Positions 1-12,001 are shown, counted from the first letter of the stretch. The stretch: 53,383 nucleotides of DNA from Octopus bimaculoides (GCF_001194135.2 NC_068996.1:40186784-40240166); one strand, 5' to 3'. Numbers and translations: made by a program. Notes: generated by a model not told the origin, from the letters alone.

Positions 1-38
<38 letters not shown>

Positions 39-297
39 GTGTGTGAGTGTCCCACCACTGCTTGATAACTGCTGTAGGTGTGTTTACGTCCATGTAACTT
101 AGCAGATTGACAAAAAGAGACCGCAGGCTTTAAAAAAATAAGTACTGGCGTCAATTTGTTTGATTAAAATTCGTGAAGGCAGTGCCCCCAGCATGGCCGT
201 AGTCTGATGATTGAAACGAGCAAAAGACAAAAGATTAAAGACTATATAACTGTATTATGATTGAAGCAATATGAAATAAGTAGAAATGAAGTGAAAG

Positions 298-508
298 GCA
301 GCGAGCTGGCAGAAACGTTAGCACGCCGGGGAAAATGCTTAGTGGTATTTCGTCTTTACATTCTGAGTTCAAATTCTGCCGAGGTCGACTTTGCCTTTCA
401 TCCTTTCGGAGTCGATTAAATAAGTACCAGTTATGCACTGGAGTCGATGTAATCGACTTAATCCCTTTGTCTGTCCTTGTTTAGCCCCTTGTGGGCAATA
501 AAGAAATA
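298..508 (+). mobile_element. Full-length tRNA-derived SINE with Nin/Deu-like central domain, tail type C
   Basis: A box TGGCAGAAACGTTAG, B box GAGTTCAAATTC, central GAGGTCGACTTTGCCTTTCATCCTTTCGGAGTCGATTAAATAAGTACCAG. 16-bp TSD agaaatgaagtgaaag at 282-297 and 509-524. Confidence 0.8.
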
Positions 509-699
509 AGAAATGAAGTGAAAGCATATTAAGAGCACAGCTGGAATAGTTCTTGTTTAGCTCCAAATCAGTCCTGATTGAGCAAACCTATGATTAAAAG
601 GCAATCCAACCATGGCCCATACCATTCTAGTTTTTTTTTTGCCTTTTTTTGTTCTTGGTATACATAACTCATACCAGTGGCATATAAAAAAAAGCACCC

Positions 700-1062
700 T
701 TCAAATTTTGGGTCTTGTGGAGTCAGTGACAAGTGACCGAGACCTTTGGCGATATACTGTGCTTGAGAAGACCGGTCAAACCAAATGAGATCGTAGTCGT
801 AACTGGTATTACGTGACTGGCACCTGTGCCAGTGTCACATAAGTGAGAGCTGTGCCAATGGCACATAAAAGCACCCATGCTAGTGGCATGTAAAAACACC
901 TACTACACTCTTGGAGTGGTTGGTGTTAGGAAGGGCATCCAGCCTTAGAAACCTTCCCGAATCAGATTGGAACCTGGTGCAGCTCTCCAGCTTGCCAGTT
1001 TTCATTCAAACCATCCAACCCATGCCAGCATCAAAAACTGACGTTAAATGATGATGATGATC
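700..1062 (+). mobile_element. RTE-clade LINE 3' end with (TGA)n tail
   Basis: Encodes LGLVESVTSDRDLWRYTVLEKTGQTK*, followed by the same 3' UTR as 33366-33842. Confidence 0.7.
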
Positions 1063-1077
1063 AATATCATATCAGGA

Positions 1078-1235
1078 CTTACCCACCTAGGACAATTACC
1101 CCAGTAGGACAATTACCCCCTTGGTTAATTACCCCCTCTCCAATATATTAAGTTTTAAATCATCATCTGTTGTCTTTAGTGGTAATTGTCCTTGTGTGTG
1201 GGGTTATTGTCCATGGTGGGGAAATGTCCTAGACT
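1078..1235. mobile_element. Small unclassified MITE-like element
   Basis: Three ggacaattacccc-like motifs on the left, inverted copies (ggtaattgtcc, ggggaaatgtcctag) on the right. Confidence 0.45.
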
Positions 1236-1472
1236 CGATCAGTATATATTTAGGACTTGAACGTGTTTAAATGATAAAAGGTATGATAATAGATCAGATG
1301 TGTCCTTCTTTATTCAAAATAGTAGAGTGTAATCTCAGGGAGATTTTACTGTTACTTCTGTCTGAACAATCATTCAGAAGCTTGGTCAGTGTCTTGTCCT
1401 GAAAACCAGCAATACCTTCTTCCAGTGTTAGTGATGAAGATCTAAAACCAGAGTTATTTAGATGTCTATTAA

Positions 1473-1885
1473 CCCTTTAGCATTCAGTTTATTTATTAAC
1501 ATTGTTTTGAATTAATCCTGCATTATCTCATAGCTTTGAGATTTCAATGTTGTGATTATTTATTTCTAGAATAACATTGTAGGGTAGGTGTGAGAGGTTG
1601 GATCTGGTTGATTTGAACATGAATGGGTCGAATAATTTGTACTGGATATGGCTGGTTTTAACCCTTTAGCATTCAGATTATCTGTCAAATGAAAAGCTTA
1701 TTTATTCCCATTGTTTTTAATTAATCACGGCTCATCTCATAGCTTTGAGATTTCAATATTGTGATTGTTTATTTTTAGAATGACATTTTTGGGTAGGTGT
1801 GATAAGCTGGATCCTGTCAGTTTGTACATAAAAATGGATAGAATATTTGGGCCGGGTATAGCAAATTTAAATGCTAAAAAGAGGG
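1473..1885 (+). mobile_element. Two tandem piggyBac-type MITEs (family P1, ends CCCTTTAGCAT...ATGCTAAAGGG)
   Basis: TTAA|CCCTTTAGCATT at 1469-1473 and again at 1658-1662. Internal sequence is shared with 38908-39813. Confidence 0.7.
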
Positions 1886-2285
1886 TATATATATATATAT
1901 NNNNNNNNNNNNNNNNNNNNNNNNNNNNNNNNNNNNNNNNNNNNNNNNTAAATATAAATATACATATACAATGGGCATCTTTCACTTTCCGTCTACCAAA
2001 TCCACTCACATTGCTTTGGTTGACGAGGCTATAGTAGAAGACACTTGGCCAAAGTGTCATGCAGTGAGACTGAACCTGAAACCATGTGGTTGGGAAGCAA
2101 GCTTCTTACCACACAGCTATGCCTGCACCTTTATTTTTTTATAATGATATTGTAGGATAGGTGTGAGAGGTCAGGTCTGACCAGTTTCAACATAAAAAAG
2201 AAACAGGTAGAATACTTGGGCCAGGAACGGCTGGTTTAAATTCTAAAGGGTTGAATCGACTTTTATTTATTTGTTTTTGTTTCAG

Positions 2286-2424
2286 GAACAAAACTACCAT
2301 GGGATCAGAAGTACTTAATTGAATCCTTATCTGATTCAACAATCTACATGGCTTATTACACAGTAGCTTATTTCCTGCAAGGAGGAACATGGGATGGAAC
2401 AGCTGCAGGCCCGGCCAATATCAA
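2286..2424 (+). CDS. LARS1: Cytoplasmic leucyl-tRNA synthetase, internal exon (1st in window; phase 1 to 2)
   Basis: ttcag|GA acceptor and AA|gtaagc donor. Translates (G)[45 protein letters not shown](K), matching the eukaryotic cytosolic Leu[19 protein letters not shown] motif. Missed by the ORF track. Confidence 0.97.
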
Positions 2425-3126
2425 GTAAGCAATTTCTGTAATTATTTACATTTTTTTTGTGTGTATCTTTTATTTTGTATTATTTACTCAGAGGAATACG
2501 GTAAGCTGGTGGAATCATTAGCAAGCCAAACAAAATTGCTTAGCAGCATTTCTTCTAGTTTTGCATTCTTTGTTCTAATCTCGATCAACTTTTTGTGTTG
2601 GTACATCTGTGGCACTGCTTCTAAGTTATGTGTTATACGTGCAGCTTCTCTTTTTTTTTCTTTTTTGCCCTTCTTTTTTTTTTTGTTATAAACAATACAT
2701 GAGCATGTTATTAAGAATGAACCTACACACATCAAGATGTAGCTAAATAATATATTGATTACCAACTTCCAGCCTTTTGTTAAGTTGATCAAGCTATCTG
2801 AGAAACGTGCTAAAATCTTTGTTCTAATGTCATCGAGGTGGATTTTGCATGTCATCTTTTTGTGGGGGTTTTGATAAAATAAGTACTAGTTGAGTACTGG
2901 AGCTGATGTAATCGACTAGCCTCCGCTCCCAAAATTTCAGGCCTTGTGTCTTTAGTAGAAAGAATTGTTATTCTTTTTTTTGAGAGTGATGAGCTGGCAG
3001 AATTGTTAGCACATCAGATAAAATGCTTAATGGCATTTCTTCCTGTTGTGAGTTCAAATTCTGCCGATGTCGATTTTGCATTTCATCTTTTCCTGTGTTT
3101 GTGAGAGAGAAAGAGAAAGAAAGCAA

Positions 3127-3174
<48 letters not shown>

Positions 3175-3550
3175 ATATACTCTTAGCAGAGAGTCAAAGA
3201 CACAAAAATAAGTACCAGTTTAGCACTGGGATTGATGTAATCAACTAGTCCCCTCCCTCAAAATTTCAGACCTTGTGCCTATAGCAAAAAGGATTATTCA
3301 CACAGTAGGGCAGTAGGGCGGTGCCTATGACCTTTTGTAAGACATGTTAAAGAAAAAGAGGAAGTTGTTCTCATACTGGAAACCTGGTCGAAATGTTTGC
3401 AAACAATGTGAATTCCAATAAAAGCAACGCCTACAAATGCCCACTGATTGTGTTAAAGTGAGTTATGAATTAAGTCTGCTACAAAACATTAAAGGATCAC
3501 TTTTTCTGATTTATATTTGTTATATGGATCTTTTGCATAGAATATATTTA

Positions 3551-3969
3551 GGCACAGGTGTGGCTGTGTGGTAAGTAGCTTGCTTACCAAACACATGGTT
3601 CTGGGTTCAATCCCATTGTGTGGTATCTTGGGCAAGTGTCTTCTACTATAGCCTCAGGCCGACCAAAGCCTTGTGAGTGGATTTGGTAGACAGAAACTGA
3701 AAGAAGCCCGTCGTATATATGCATATATATATGTATGTGTGTGTGTGTATATGTTTGTGTGTCTGTGTTTGTCCCCCCAACATCGCTTGACAACCGATGC
3801 TGGTGTGTTTACGTCCCCGTAACTTAGCGATTCGGCAAAGAGACCGATAGAATAAGTACTAGGCTTACAATGAATAAGTCCTGGGGTCGATTTGCTCGAC
3901 TAAAGGTGGTGCTCCAGCATGGCCACAGTCAAATGACTGAAACAAGTAAAAGAGTAAAGAGTAAAGAGT
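3551..3969 (+). mobile_element. tRNA-derived SINE family A (CORE-like ccttgggcaagtgtctt, internal TA/TG microsatellite, GAGTAAA tail)
   Basis: Near-complete copy of the most abundant repeat in the window (more than 15 copies on both strands). Confidence 0.85.
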
Positions 3970-4165
3970 TGTTAGTTAATTATAATCTGTTAATGAGAAA
4001 ATACCATATGAAATTATCCATATGATATTTTATCTCCTTAATTGAGATGTTTAAGTTCATTTACATAACAAAATTATCATGACATTATACATGAGATTTT
4101 TAATTTTTTTTTGCATCAAATAATACACATGTATTTCTTAAAAACCTTATGAACTCATTTTCTAG

Positions 4166-4378
4166 GCCAGAACAGCTGACTCCTGAAGTTTGGGATTATA
4201 TTTTCTTCAAAAATAGTCCATTTCCCAAGACAGATATTCCTAAAGCTACTCTTGATAAACTGAAAAATGAATTTGAATATTGGTATCCTGTAGATTTGCG
4301 TGTCTCTGGAAAAGATCTGGTGCCCAACCACCTTACCTATTATTTATACAATCATTGTGCTATCTGGAAAGATGATAG
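4166..4378 (+). CDS. LARS1: LeuRS exon 2 in window (phase 2 to 2)
   Basis: tctag|G...AG|gtaggt. [14 protein letters not shown]...[36 protein letters not shown] contains the conserved [15 protein letters not shown] motif. Confidence 0.98.
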
Positions 4379-5060
4379 GTAGGTTAAAGTTATGTTTGTT
4401 TTTTTCTTGTGTTTTTAGATACTATCTTTTTATCTTTTTTTTCTTTGTTTTATTTTATGTGTAATTAAAGTTTAATCGTTATCTATGATACATTTTGATG
4501 ACTTATTTCTTTCCTGAGGTGGAAAAAGCATCCTGTATAAGATATTGGTTTACTAGCTCACAGTTAATAAGCTGAATAAATATAAGTATTGTAGGTATTT
4601 TATGTCTTGGCATCTTGGCAGGACGGTCCATAATGTGTACCTCAGTTCACCTGGCTGTCAAGAAGGACAACCAGAAAATTTTGGGAAAGTTATTTGCAAA
4701 AGATTAGGATTTGATCTCTGGCATGAATTGCTTCTTGTCTTCTTAACATTTATCATCACCATCATCATCATCGTTATAGTCATTTAATGTCCATCTTTCA
4801 AGTTGGTGTGCGTTGGATAGTTTGATAGTGGTTGGCAAGCTGGAGAGTCTCACCATGCTCCCCTGTCTGCTTTGGCATGATTTCTATGGCTGGATGCCCT
4901 TCCTAACATGCCAACCACTTAAACAGAATGTACTGGGTGTCTTTTATGTGGCATCAACACTGGTGCTTTTTATGTGTGCCGTCTTTTTTGGTAGATTTGC
5001 AGATTTGAGGATAAACTGTATAGAATATCAATTAATAAAATTACTATTTAAACAGTACTT

Positions 5061-5435
5061 TGTAGTAAAGATTGTTTGCCAACATAACATGGCAGTCCTG
5101 GTTTAGGATGAATGTTACTATAATTTAGCCCCAGGAGACACTATCTCCAGTTGGCTACACAACACGATGTGTCCTTATATTTTCGAACAAGGGAATCTGG
5201 CACCCCCACTCAGCTGAAAACAATATCTGTGTAGACCGTGCTGTTTTTACATATCTGTCTACACAGATATTGTTTTGAGCTGAGTGGGGGTGCCAGATTC
5301 CCTTGTTTGAAAATATAAGGACACTGATCGTGTCGTATAGCCAGATGGAGACGATGTCTCCTGGGGCTAAATTACAGCAACATTCCTCCTAAACCAGGAG
5401 TGCCATGTTATGTTGGTAAACAAATCTTTACTACA
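5061..5435. repeat. ~375-bp fold-back element (about 175-bp inverted arms, 20-nt loop)
   Basis: 5061-5236 is the near reverse complement of 5257-5435. A related fragment lies at about 21487-21530. Confidence 0.9.
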
Positions 5436-5944
5436 TATCAATTAATATAATTCATTACAGGCAACAAATTAGAATTCCAGAATTGTTATGAAAGCCTAAT
5501 GTGCTAACATTCATATGCTTCATTTGAAAATTGAAAGGGATTAAATATGACCCTGTCAAAAACCTCTGCAATTTGTGAATGTATAAAAATTTAGCATATT
5601 TTGGCTTATTGGTTTTTTTCCTCCATTGTTTATTACCGCAGCTATTCGACATTGTCATAATAATTGCTTAATCTCTTCGTTACCATATTTCAGTTGAAAC
5701 ATATACTTTCTTTGTCGCAATTAAATGTGAAAATAATGAAGAATTTAGTAAAATATCTTTGGTTGGATCATGAACTAACATATTTTGATGGAAAGTTTTT
5801 GCTTAGATTACTTTAAAACAAGAGGTTTGTCTGATAAAGTTAGGAGCTGTCTCAGGCAGGGCGGTATCAAAGGAGTTAATGTATATACATTATTGACAGG
5901 CAAGATGTTGCAGTGTTTGTCTGAAAAAAAAAATCTCTTATAGA

Positions 5945-6550
5945 CAGGTGTAGGCATAGCTGTGTAGAAAGAAGCTTGCTTCCCAATTACATGGTTTTGG
6001 GTTCAGTCTCACTGTGTGGCCCCTTGGGCAAGTGTCTTCTACTGTAGCCTCAGGCTGACCAAAGCTTTGTGAATGGATTTGATGGGCAGAAACTGAATGA
6101 AGCCTGTCATATGCATGCATAGCACAAGTGTGGCTGTGTTATAAGAAGCTTGCTTCCCAACCACATGGTCTAGGTTCAGTCCCATTCTGTGGCACCTTGG
6201 ACAAGTGTCTTTGGGCTGACCAAAGCCTTCTGAGTAGATTTGGTAGACAGAAAGTGAAAGAAGAACGTGTATGTATGTGTGTGTGTGTGCATGTGTGTGG
6301 GTGTGTGCGTGCGTGTATGTGTGCGTGCGTGTGTCTTTGCGTTTGTTTGTCCCCCCACAACTGCTTGACAACCAGTGTTAGTGTGGATATGTTCCCATAA
6401 CTTAGCCATTTGGCAAAAGAGATTGATAGAATAAGTAACAAACCTAAAAAAATAAAGCACTTGGGTCAGTTCATTTGATTAAAAACCTTTCAAAGCATTG
6501 CCCCAGCATGGTCGCTGTCTAATGACTGAAACAAGTAAAAGATAAAAGAT
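5945..6550 (+). mobile_element. SINE family A with duplicated 5' half (second head at about 6121)
   Basis: Two consecutive ...gtggctgtgt..aagaagcttgcttccc heads followed by a single 3' half. Confidence 0.75.
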
Positions 6551-7029
6551 GCCATGTTAAAAAGCACAATATATATATTGGTGTTTTTAACATTGCATGT
6601 CTGTACAAGGTTTTTATCTTGGACAGAAAGCGCATCTTGCCTGTCAATGGTGTCTATACTTTAAGTATGGTATATAGATGGTTATTTTGATCTAATACTG
6701 CTGGTGCCACATAAAAAGTATCCAGTTTCATTTCTTACATCCAACAGATCCTCTTCTCACAGACTGGAATAAATTGGGAAAGGGTAGGATCAATGAAGCC
6801 CAATGACTGATGTTGTACATGAAGAGAAATAATTATACTGGTACAGGCAAGTGATTGGCATTGGGTGACGCTGATTAGAACACTGCATTTAAGTTGATGA
6901 TAAGAGATAGAGCTAGTAAGGGGAGAGAAAAAGGAAAGCACAGTGAAGAATATTTAGAGTAGATTAGAGAGATTCAGTTACATGTCTGTGTGTGTGTGTT
7001 TGGGGGTGAAACTGACATATTCAGTTCAC

Positions 7030-7420
7030 CATTATCATCATCATCATCATCATCATCGTCATTGTTTAACATCTGTTTTCCCTATTAGCGTGGTTTGGGT
7101 AATTTGGTAGGAGCTGGTAAGGCTGGGAGCTATAATAAGGCTCCTTTGTCTGTTCCGGCTTGGTTTCTACAACTGGATGCCCTTCCTAATGCCAACTACT
7201 TTATAGAGTGTGTTGGGTGCTTTTTACATGGCACTATAACCAGTGCTATTTATGTGGCACCATAACCAGTGCTTTTTACATGGCACTATAACTGCTTTTT
7301 AGGTGGCACTGGCACCATAACGAGTGCTTTTTATGTGACAGTATCACCAGTACTTTTTACATGGCTCTATAACCAGTGCTTTTAATGTGTTACCATCACT
7401 GAAGGGTCACCAAGTACCTT
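7030..7420 (-). mobile_element. RTE 3' UTR fragment with expanded ~26-bp tandem unit
   Basis: (CAT)n tail on the + strand, then about 6 copies of ccagtgctttttacatggcactataa. Confidence 0.65.
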
Positions 7421-7561
7421 GAAAGATAAAAAACAAAAGGCAAAACCTCTCAGTTGGGCAGTGGGTGTAGTATTGAGGTGGGGTGGCTTTGTGCTAAGGT
7501 ACAGAGAGGTGTCTTGTAAAGTAGATACATGTATACTTCAGTTGGACAAGAATGGAGAGTG

Positions 7562-7598
<37 letters not shown>

Positions 7599-7795
7599 GG
7601 TGAAGATGTATCAGGTCATGACCTCAAGGGACATTTTGAGTGGTGAGAATAAGTGGGGTGATGCTATAGATCTGGACTGGGTGAGTGGATGTTCATAAAA
7701 TAATTTTTTAGCCAATGTTGATGTTTTCACTGCAGTATTAAAAGGATAATTTTTCTGCAACCAGAGATAACTTTATTGTCAAATTGTATTTTCAG

Positions 7796-7853
7796 TTCAA
7801 AATGGCCCCAAAGTATTCGAGCAAATGGACATTTGCTTTTGAATTCAGAGAAA
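7796..7853 (+). CDS. LARS1: LeuRS exon 3 in window (phase 2 to 0)
   Basis: ttcag|T...AAA|gtaagt. SKWPQSIRANGHLLLNSEK ends in the first K of KMSKS. Confidence 0.97.
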
Positions 7854-8554
7854 GTAAGTAGGGTTTATTTTTTTATTTTTTGGTTCTTCTTTTCTTTTTA
7901 TGTATTGGCAAATTAAAATTTGTTATTGCTCAACTTTCGTTTTGGGTAAAAAAAATTTGTTTATTTTTCTTACAGTCTTCTATTATCCTTTTGCATTTTT
8001 GCTTCTCTCTGTGCACTTTATTACCATTTTTACTGGATTACACTTTAGAACTGACTAATTCAGGTAGAAAGGATGGAATGGTCTACATATAACTATGCAT
8101 AAGTCTCAGATTGGTGAAAACCTAATTATTCATAGATGTTAACTTATAAATAAGTATAATAACCATTGAAAACTAGTTTTTCTGATAAACATAATTGGTC
8201 TTGAGTACATCAGTAGGAGTACATCAGTAACAGTGTCATATTGTCTCTTTTTAATATTTCCTATCCATTTAAGACAGCCAGTTGACATTATCGTTAGTGC
8301 ACCAGACAAGATGCTCAGTGGCGTTTTGTTCGTCTACATTCCAAGTTCAAATTTTGCTGAGGTCAACTTTACCTTTCGCCCTTTTGGGGTTAATAAAATA
8401 AGTAACAGTTGGGGTTGATAAAATAAGTAACACTGGGGTCGATGTAATTGACTTATCCCCTTTCCAAAATTGCAGGCCTTGTGCCAAAATTTGAAACCAA
8501 TATTCCATTTTTCTAAGTTCGCATTGTTAAGGTTGTTATAATAATAATAATAAT

Positions 8555-8879
8555 GATGTTGAGAGGAATTCTTTGGGGTTTGAATAATTCATCTTAGGAA
8601 ACATGGGTGTTTCATTCAACATCCTTAAACAACCCTTATTCAGGGACCTTTTGAGTAGAATGAGCTACTCAACCTGAAGAAAATTTTAACTGGACTCCAT
8701 CTGCAAGGTCATGTGCTGTTTATCTTGATATGAAACCACCATGTCGCACACATATGGTTGTGATGCATGTGCCTGGTGTACCCTTATCAGGCGGGTAGTC
8801 ATGATGGGTATACAGGGCTTCATATATTTATACCCCAGTGTCACTTTGATGGCATGCACTGCTCTCTCATTCACTAGTA

Positions 8880-8905
<26 letters not shown>
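8555..8905 (+). mobile_element. Unclassified retroposon 3' end with (AAT)n tail (family D)
   Basis: Homologous to the reverse-strand copy at about 41170-41750 and a partial copy at about 9770-9905. Ends gcactgctctctca..(aat)n. Confidence 0.6.
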
Positions 8906-8909
<4 letters not shown>

Positions 8910-8912
<3 letters not shown>

Positions 8913-9362
8913 CCTTTCTACTAAAGGCACAGGGCCTGAAGTTTGGTGGGAGTGGACTAATCGATTACATTGACCCCAGTGTTTCACTAATACTTAATTT
9001 ATCAACCCCGAAAGGATGAAAAGCAAAGTCGGAATTTGAACTAAGAGCATAGCATCGGGCAAAATACTGCTAAGCATTTCTTCCAGCGTGCTAACAATTC
9101 TGCCAGTTCACAACCTTGATGATGATGATGATGATAATAATAATGATAATAATAATTCTTTCTACTAAAGGCACAAAACCTGAAATTTTAGTGGAGGCGA
9201 CTGGACTAATTGATTACATTGACCCCAGTGTTTCACTGGTACTTATTTCATTGACCCCAAAAGGAGGAGGGGCAAAAGTGACCTCTGCAGCATTTCAACT
9301 CAGACCCTAAATTTGGATGAAATGCTGCCAAGCATGCTAACAATTCTGCTAGCTTGCCACCT
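8910..9362 (-). mobile_element. Two tandem Nin-domain SINEs
   Basis: Reverse complement of the A box, B box and Nin core, each copy ending in an (ATT)n tail. Confidence 0.7.
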
Positions 9363-11124
9363 TAATAGCAACAACAACAACAACAACAACCATTTTTACA
9401 AAGGGAAGTTCGTGGTAGAATTTGGTGGTTGACATCATCGGAAAATGCTTAGCAGTATTTTGTTAGATCTCTTAACATTCTGAATCCAATTCCTGCCAGT
9501 GTGCTCATTGGCCTTCATCTTATTAAGGTTGATAAAAAAATAGAACCAGCCTAATACAAAGTTGATTTAAACAACTGTCCCTTTTCTTCAGCATTTGTGG
9601 CAATAACCCCCGTGTTGGAAATAATCAACATTGGTAATTTGTTATGTGAGTTTGGATATAGTTATACGAAGCACTGGTTTGGCTGTGTGTACTTGACTGG
9701 TATTTTATTCTCTTGAGTCCTTTTGCATCAAAGATGCAGAGATCGACTTGCCCTACCTTGTCCACCACCAACTCTTGCAGGTAGGGCCCCAGTTAGAATT
9801 TTTTTTAGGTCAAGTAGCCTATTCTGCTCAAAAGGTCCCTGGATAAGGGTTGTTTAAGGATGTTGAACAAAACACCCATGTTTCCAGAGGGGAATTATTC
9901 AAATGACCCCAGCTCGTCTGTACCCCCTTGGGCCTGAACAGCTACCTCAGGTACCAGCACCCTTTGCACCCATTAAGATGAAGAGGATCAATCAATGGCT
10001 AAAGAGCTACTACTCAAATACAAGTTAACTTCAACAGTTTGATGGAGCTCTTTCTGTTTCCAACTTCTGTGCAAGGCCTTTAATGTTTCTTATGCTGGCC
10101 ATATATCTATCAAGTCACAATATGAATGAAAGGCAAATTCGACCTCATTGGGACTTGAAGAAACACAGCTAAGCATTTTGTCCAACGTTCTAATGATTCT
10201 ACCAGCTTCTGTCATTAGGATATTAAAAAATAATTAAATATACTAGCATAAACATGCTATCATGGTGATAGCATGTTTAGCATTGATATTGAGATTTGTG
10301 TATTCTTCTGTTATATGTTTCAACCCTAAGGCTGTGACTATTCTGAGGCACCAAGCATGAAGATGTTTACTTCATATGTATGTGTGATTATTTGTGTGTT
10401 ATATATTAAATATATATGTCATCATCATCGTTTGACATCTGTCTTCCATGCATGCATGCATGGGTAGGATGGTTGACAGGAGCCGGCCAGGTAGAAAATC
10501 TATCCAAGGCTACTGTGTCTGCTTTGGCAGGAATTTTATGGCTGGATGCCCTTCCTAACACCAACCACTCGGCAGAATGGACTTAGTGCTTTTTACGTGG
10601 CACTAGCACAGGTGAAGTTAGTTTTGGTAAGAATTTTACAGGTGGATGCCTTTCCTGATGCCAACCATGTTGCAGTGTGAGCTGGATGCTTTTAACGTGG
10701 TACCAGCATTGGCAGGGTCACCAAGTATCTCACAAGACAAGGAATTATGAGAGGGGCAGGACATTTGTGTCAGAGGAACTTAAAGTCAGTGATACAAAGA
10801 CAGAGAGAGACAGAAGCAGGTATCATGCCACTAGAGATGGGGTGTTAAAGGAGGTGATCCAGTATCAAATGATGAGAGGTTAGAGTATAACAGAAATAGG
10901 TGTCATTCAACCCATGCCAGCATGGAAAAAGGGACATTAAATGATGATGATTATGGCGACAACAATGACAACGCGCACTCAAATAACACAAACCTCCACC
11001 AAGCAACACCAACACCCTCTCAAAGATTAGCCAGAGATGATTTTTAAAATTTGAATATCTGAAATACACTCGACTGCTCTCACAAACGAGAATACTAAAA
11101 ATGAACCAGACCGCTCTCAAAAAT

Positions 11125-11305
11125 TAATTAAAAAAACAGGAAAAATAATCCAGAATCCTTGTCCGGTACCAGATCGATCCCAAAATCTAATCATTTCGTG
11201 CCAGTCACGAGGCCAAACATCCCTGAAAGTTTCATCTGTATCCATCCAGCAGTTCTTGAGACATCTTGTCCACAGACAAACAAACAAACGTGCAAGTGCA
11301 TGTTT
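11125..11305 (+). mobile_element. Helentron/DINE-1-like non-autonomous element fragment
   Basis: The segment ...cccaaaatctaatca...cctgaaagtttcatctgtatccatccagcagttcttgagacatcttgtccacagacaaacaaacaaac resembles the 3' region of such elements. Recognised by eye only. Confidence 0.45.
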
Positions 11306-11371
11306 GCACACATTTTCTGAGATCTTTGAGAAAAGAACTTTAATAGCAATTTTTTTTTCTTTCTCCTTTAG

Positions 11372-11435
11372 ATGTCCAAGTCGTCAGGAAATTTCCTTAC
11401 TCTTTCTGAAGCTCTTGAAAAGTATTCTGCTGATG
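11372..11435 (+). CDS. LARS1: LeuRS exon 4 in window (KMSKS exon; phase 0 to 1)
   Basis: ctttag|ATG...G|gtatgt. MSKSSGNFLTLSEALEKYSAD(G) completes the class I KMSKS signature. Confidence 0.97.
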
Positions 11436-11535
11436 GTATGTTTATTTCATTTTCTTATCTATCTCAGTCAAGGAGACCAGCAAGAGAAATCAGATCAAAT
11501 TTGTGTAAAACCCTTGTGTTAATATTTTCTTCCCC

Positions 11536-11877
11536 TTATTTCTTTATTGCCCACAAGGGACTAAACATAGAAGGGACAAACAAGGACAGACAAAGGGGTT
11601 AAATTGGTTACATCGACCCCCAGTGGGGGGACAAACACAGACACAAAGTTTAACACACATAGATACACACACGCACACATGGAAGGTGGACGTTAAACAA
11701 TGATGATGATGATATATATATTCTTTCAGTTTCTGTCTATCAAATCCACTCACAAGGCTTTGGTTGGCCCAAGGCTATAGTAGAAGACACTTGCCCAAGG
11801 TGCCACGGAGTGGGACTGAATCTAGAGCCATGTGGTTGGGAAGAAAGCTTCTTACCACACAGCCACACCTGCACCTA
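11536..11877 (-). mobile_element. Chimeric SINE: family A 5' half joined to a Nin-SINE type C tail
   Basis: On the - strand the family A head and body run to tttgtcccccca, then continue as ctgggggtcgatgtaacc...gtgggcaataaagaaataag. Confidence 0.65.
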
Positions 11878-11887
11878 AAATAGAGAT

Positions 11888-12001
11888 GCTTACAAGACCA
11901 AGTTTTCTCAAGTGGTCAGCCTTCTTAGTACTAACTAGGTTCAATGTTGCTTAACTTCAGTGATGAGACGAGAACTAGTGCTTTCAGTGTGATATGGGCC
12001 G
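11888..12001 (-). pseudogene. 5S rRNA pseudogene
   Basis: The reverse complement cggcccatatcacactgaaagcactagttctcgtctcatcactgaagttaagcaacattgaacctagttagtactaagaaggctgaccacttgagaaaacttggtcttgtaagc aligns colinearly with metazoan 5S rRNA. It lacks about 5 nt at the 5' end and has many substitutions, several at CpG. Confidence 0.85.

Noticed and set aside
3301-3452. cacacagtagggc...gcccactgattgtg termini reminiscent of Transib/RSS-like TIRs
   Set aside because: The inverted repeat is short and imperfect, and there is no convincing 5-bp TSD.
7851-11386. KMSKS motif split by a phase-0 intron (K|MSKS)
   Set aside because: Real, but probably an ancestral intron position in animal LARS1 rather than a novelty. 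I could not verify this.
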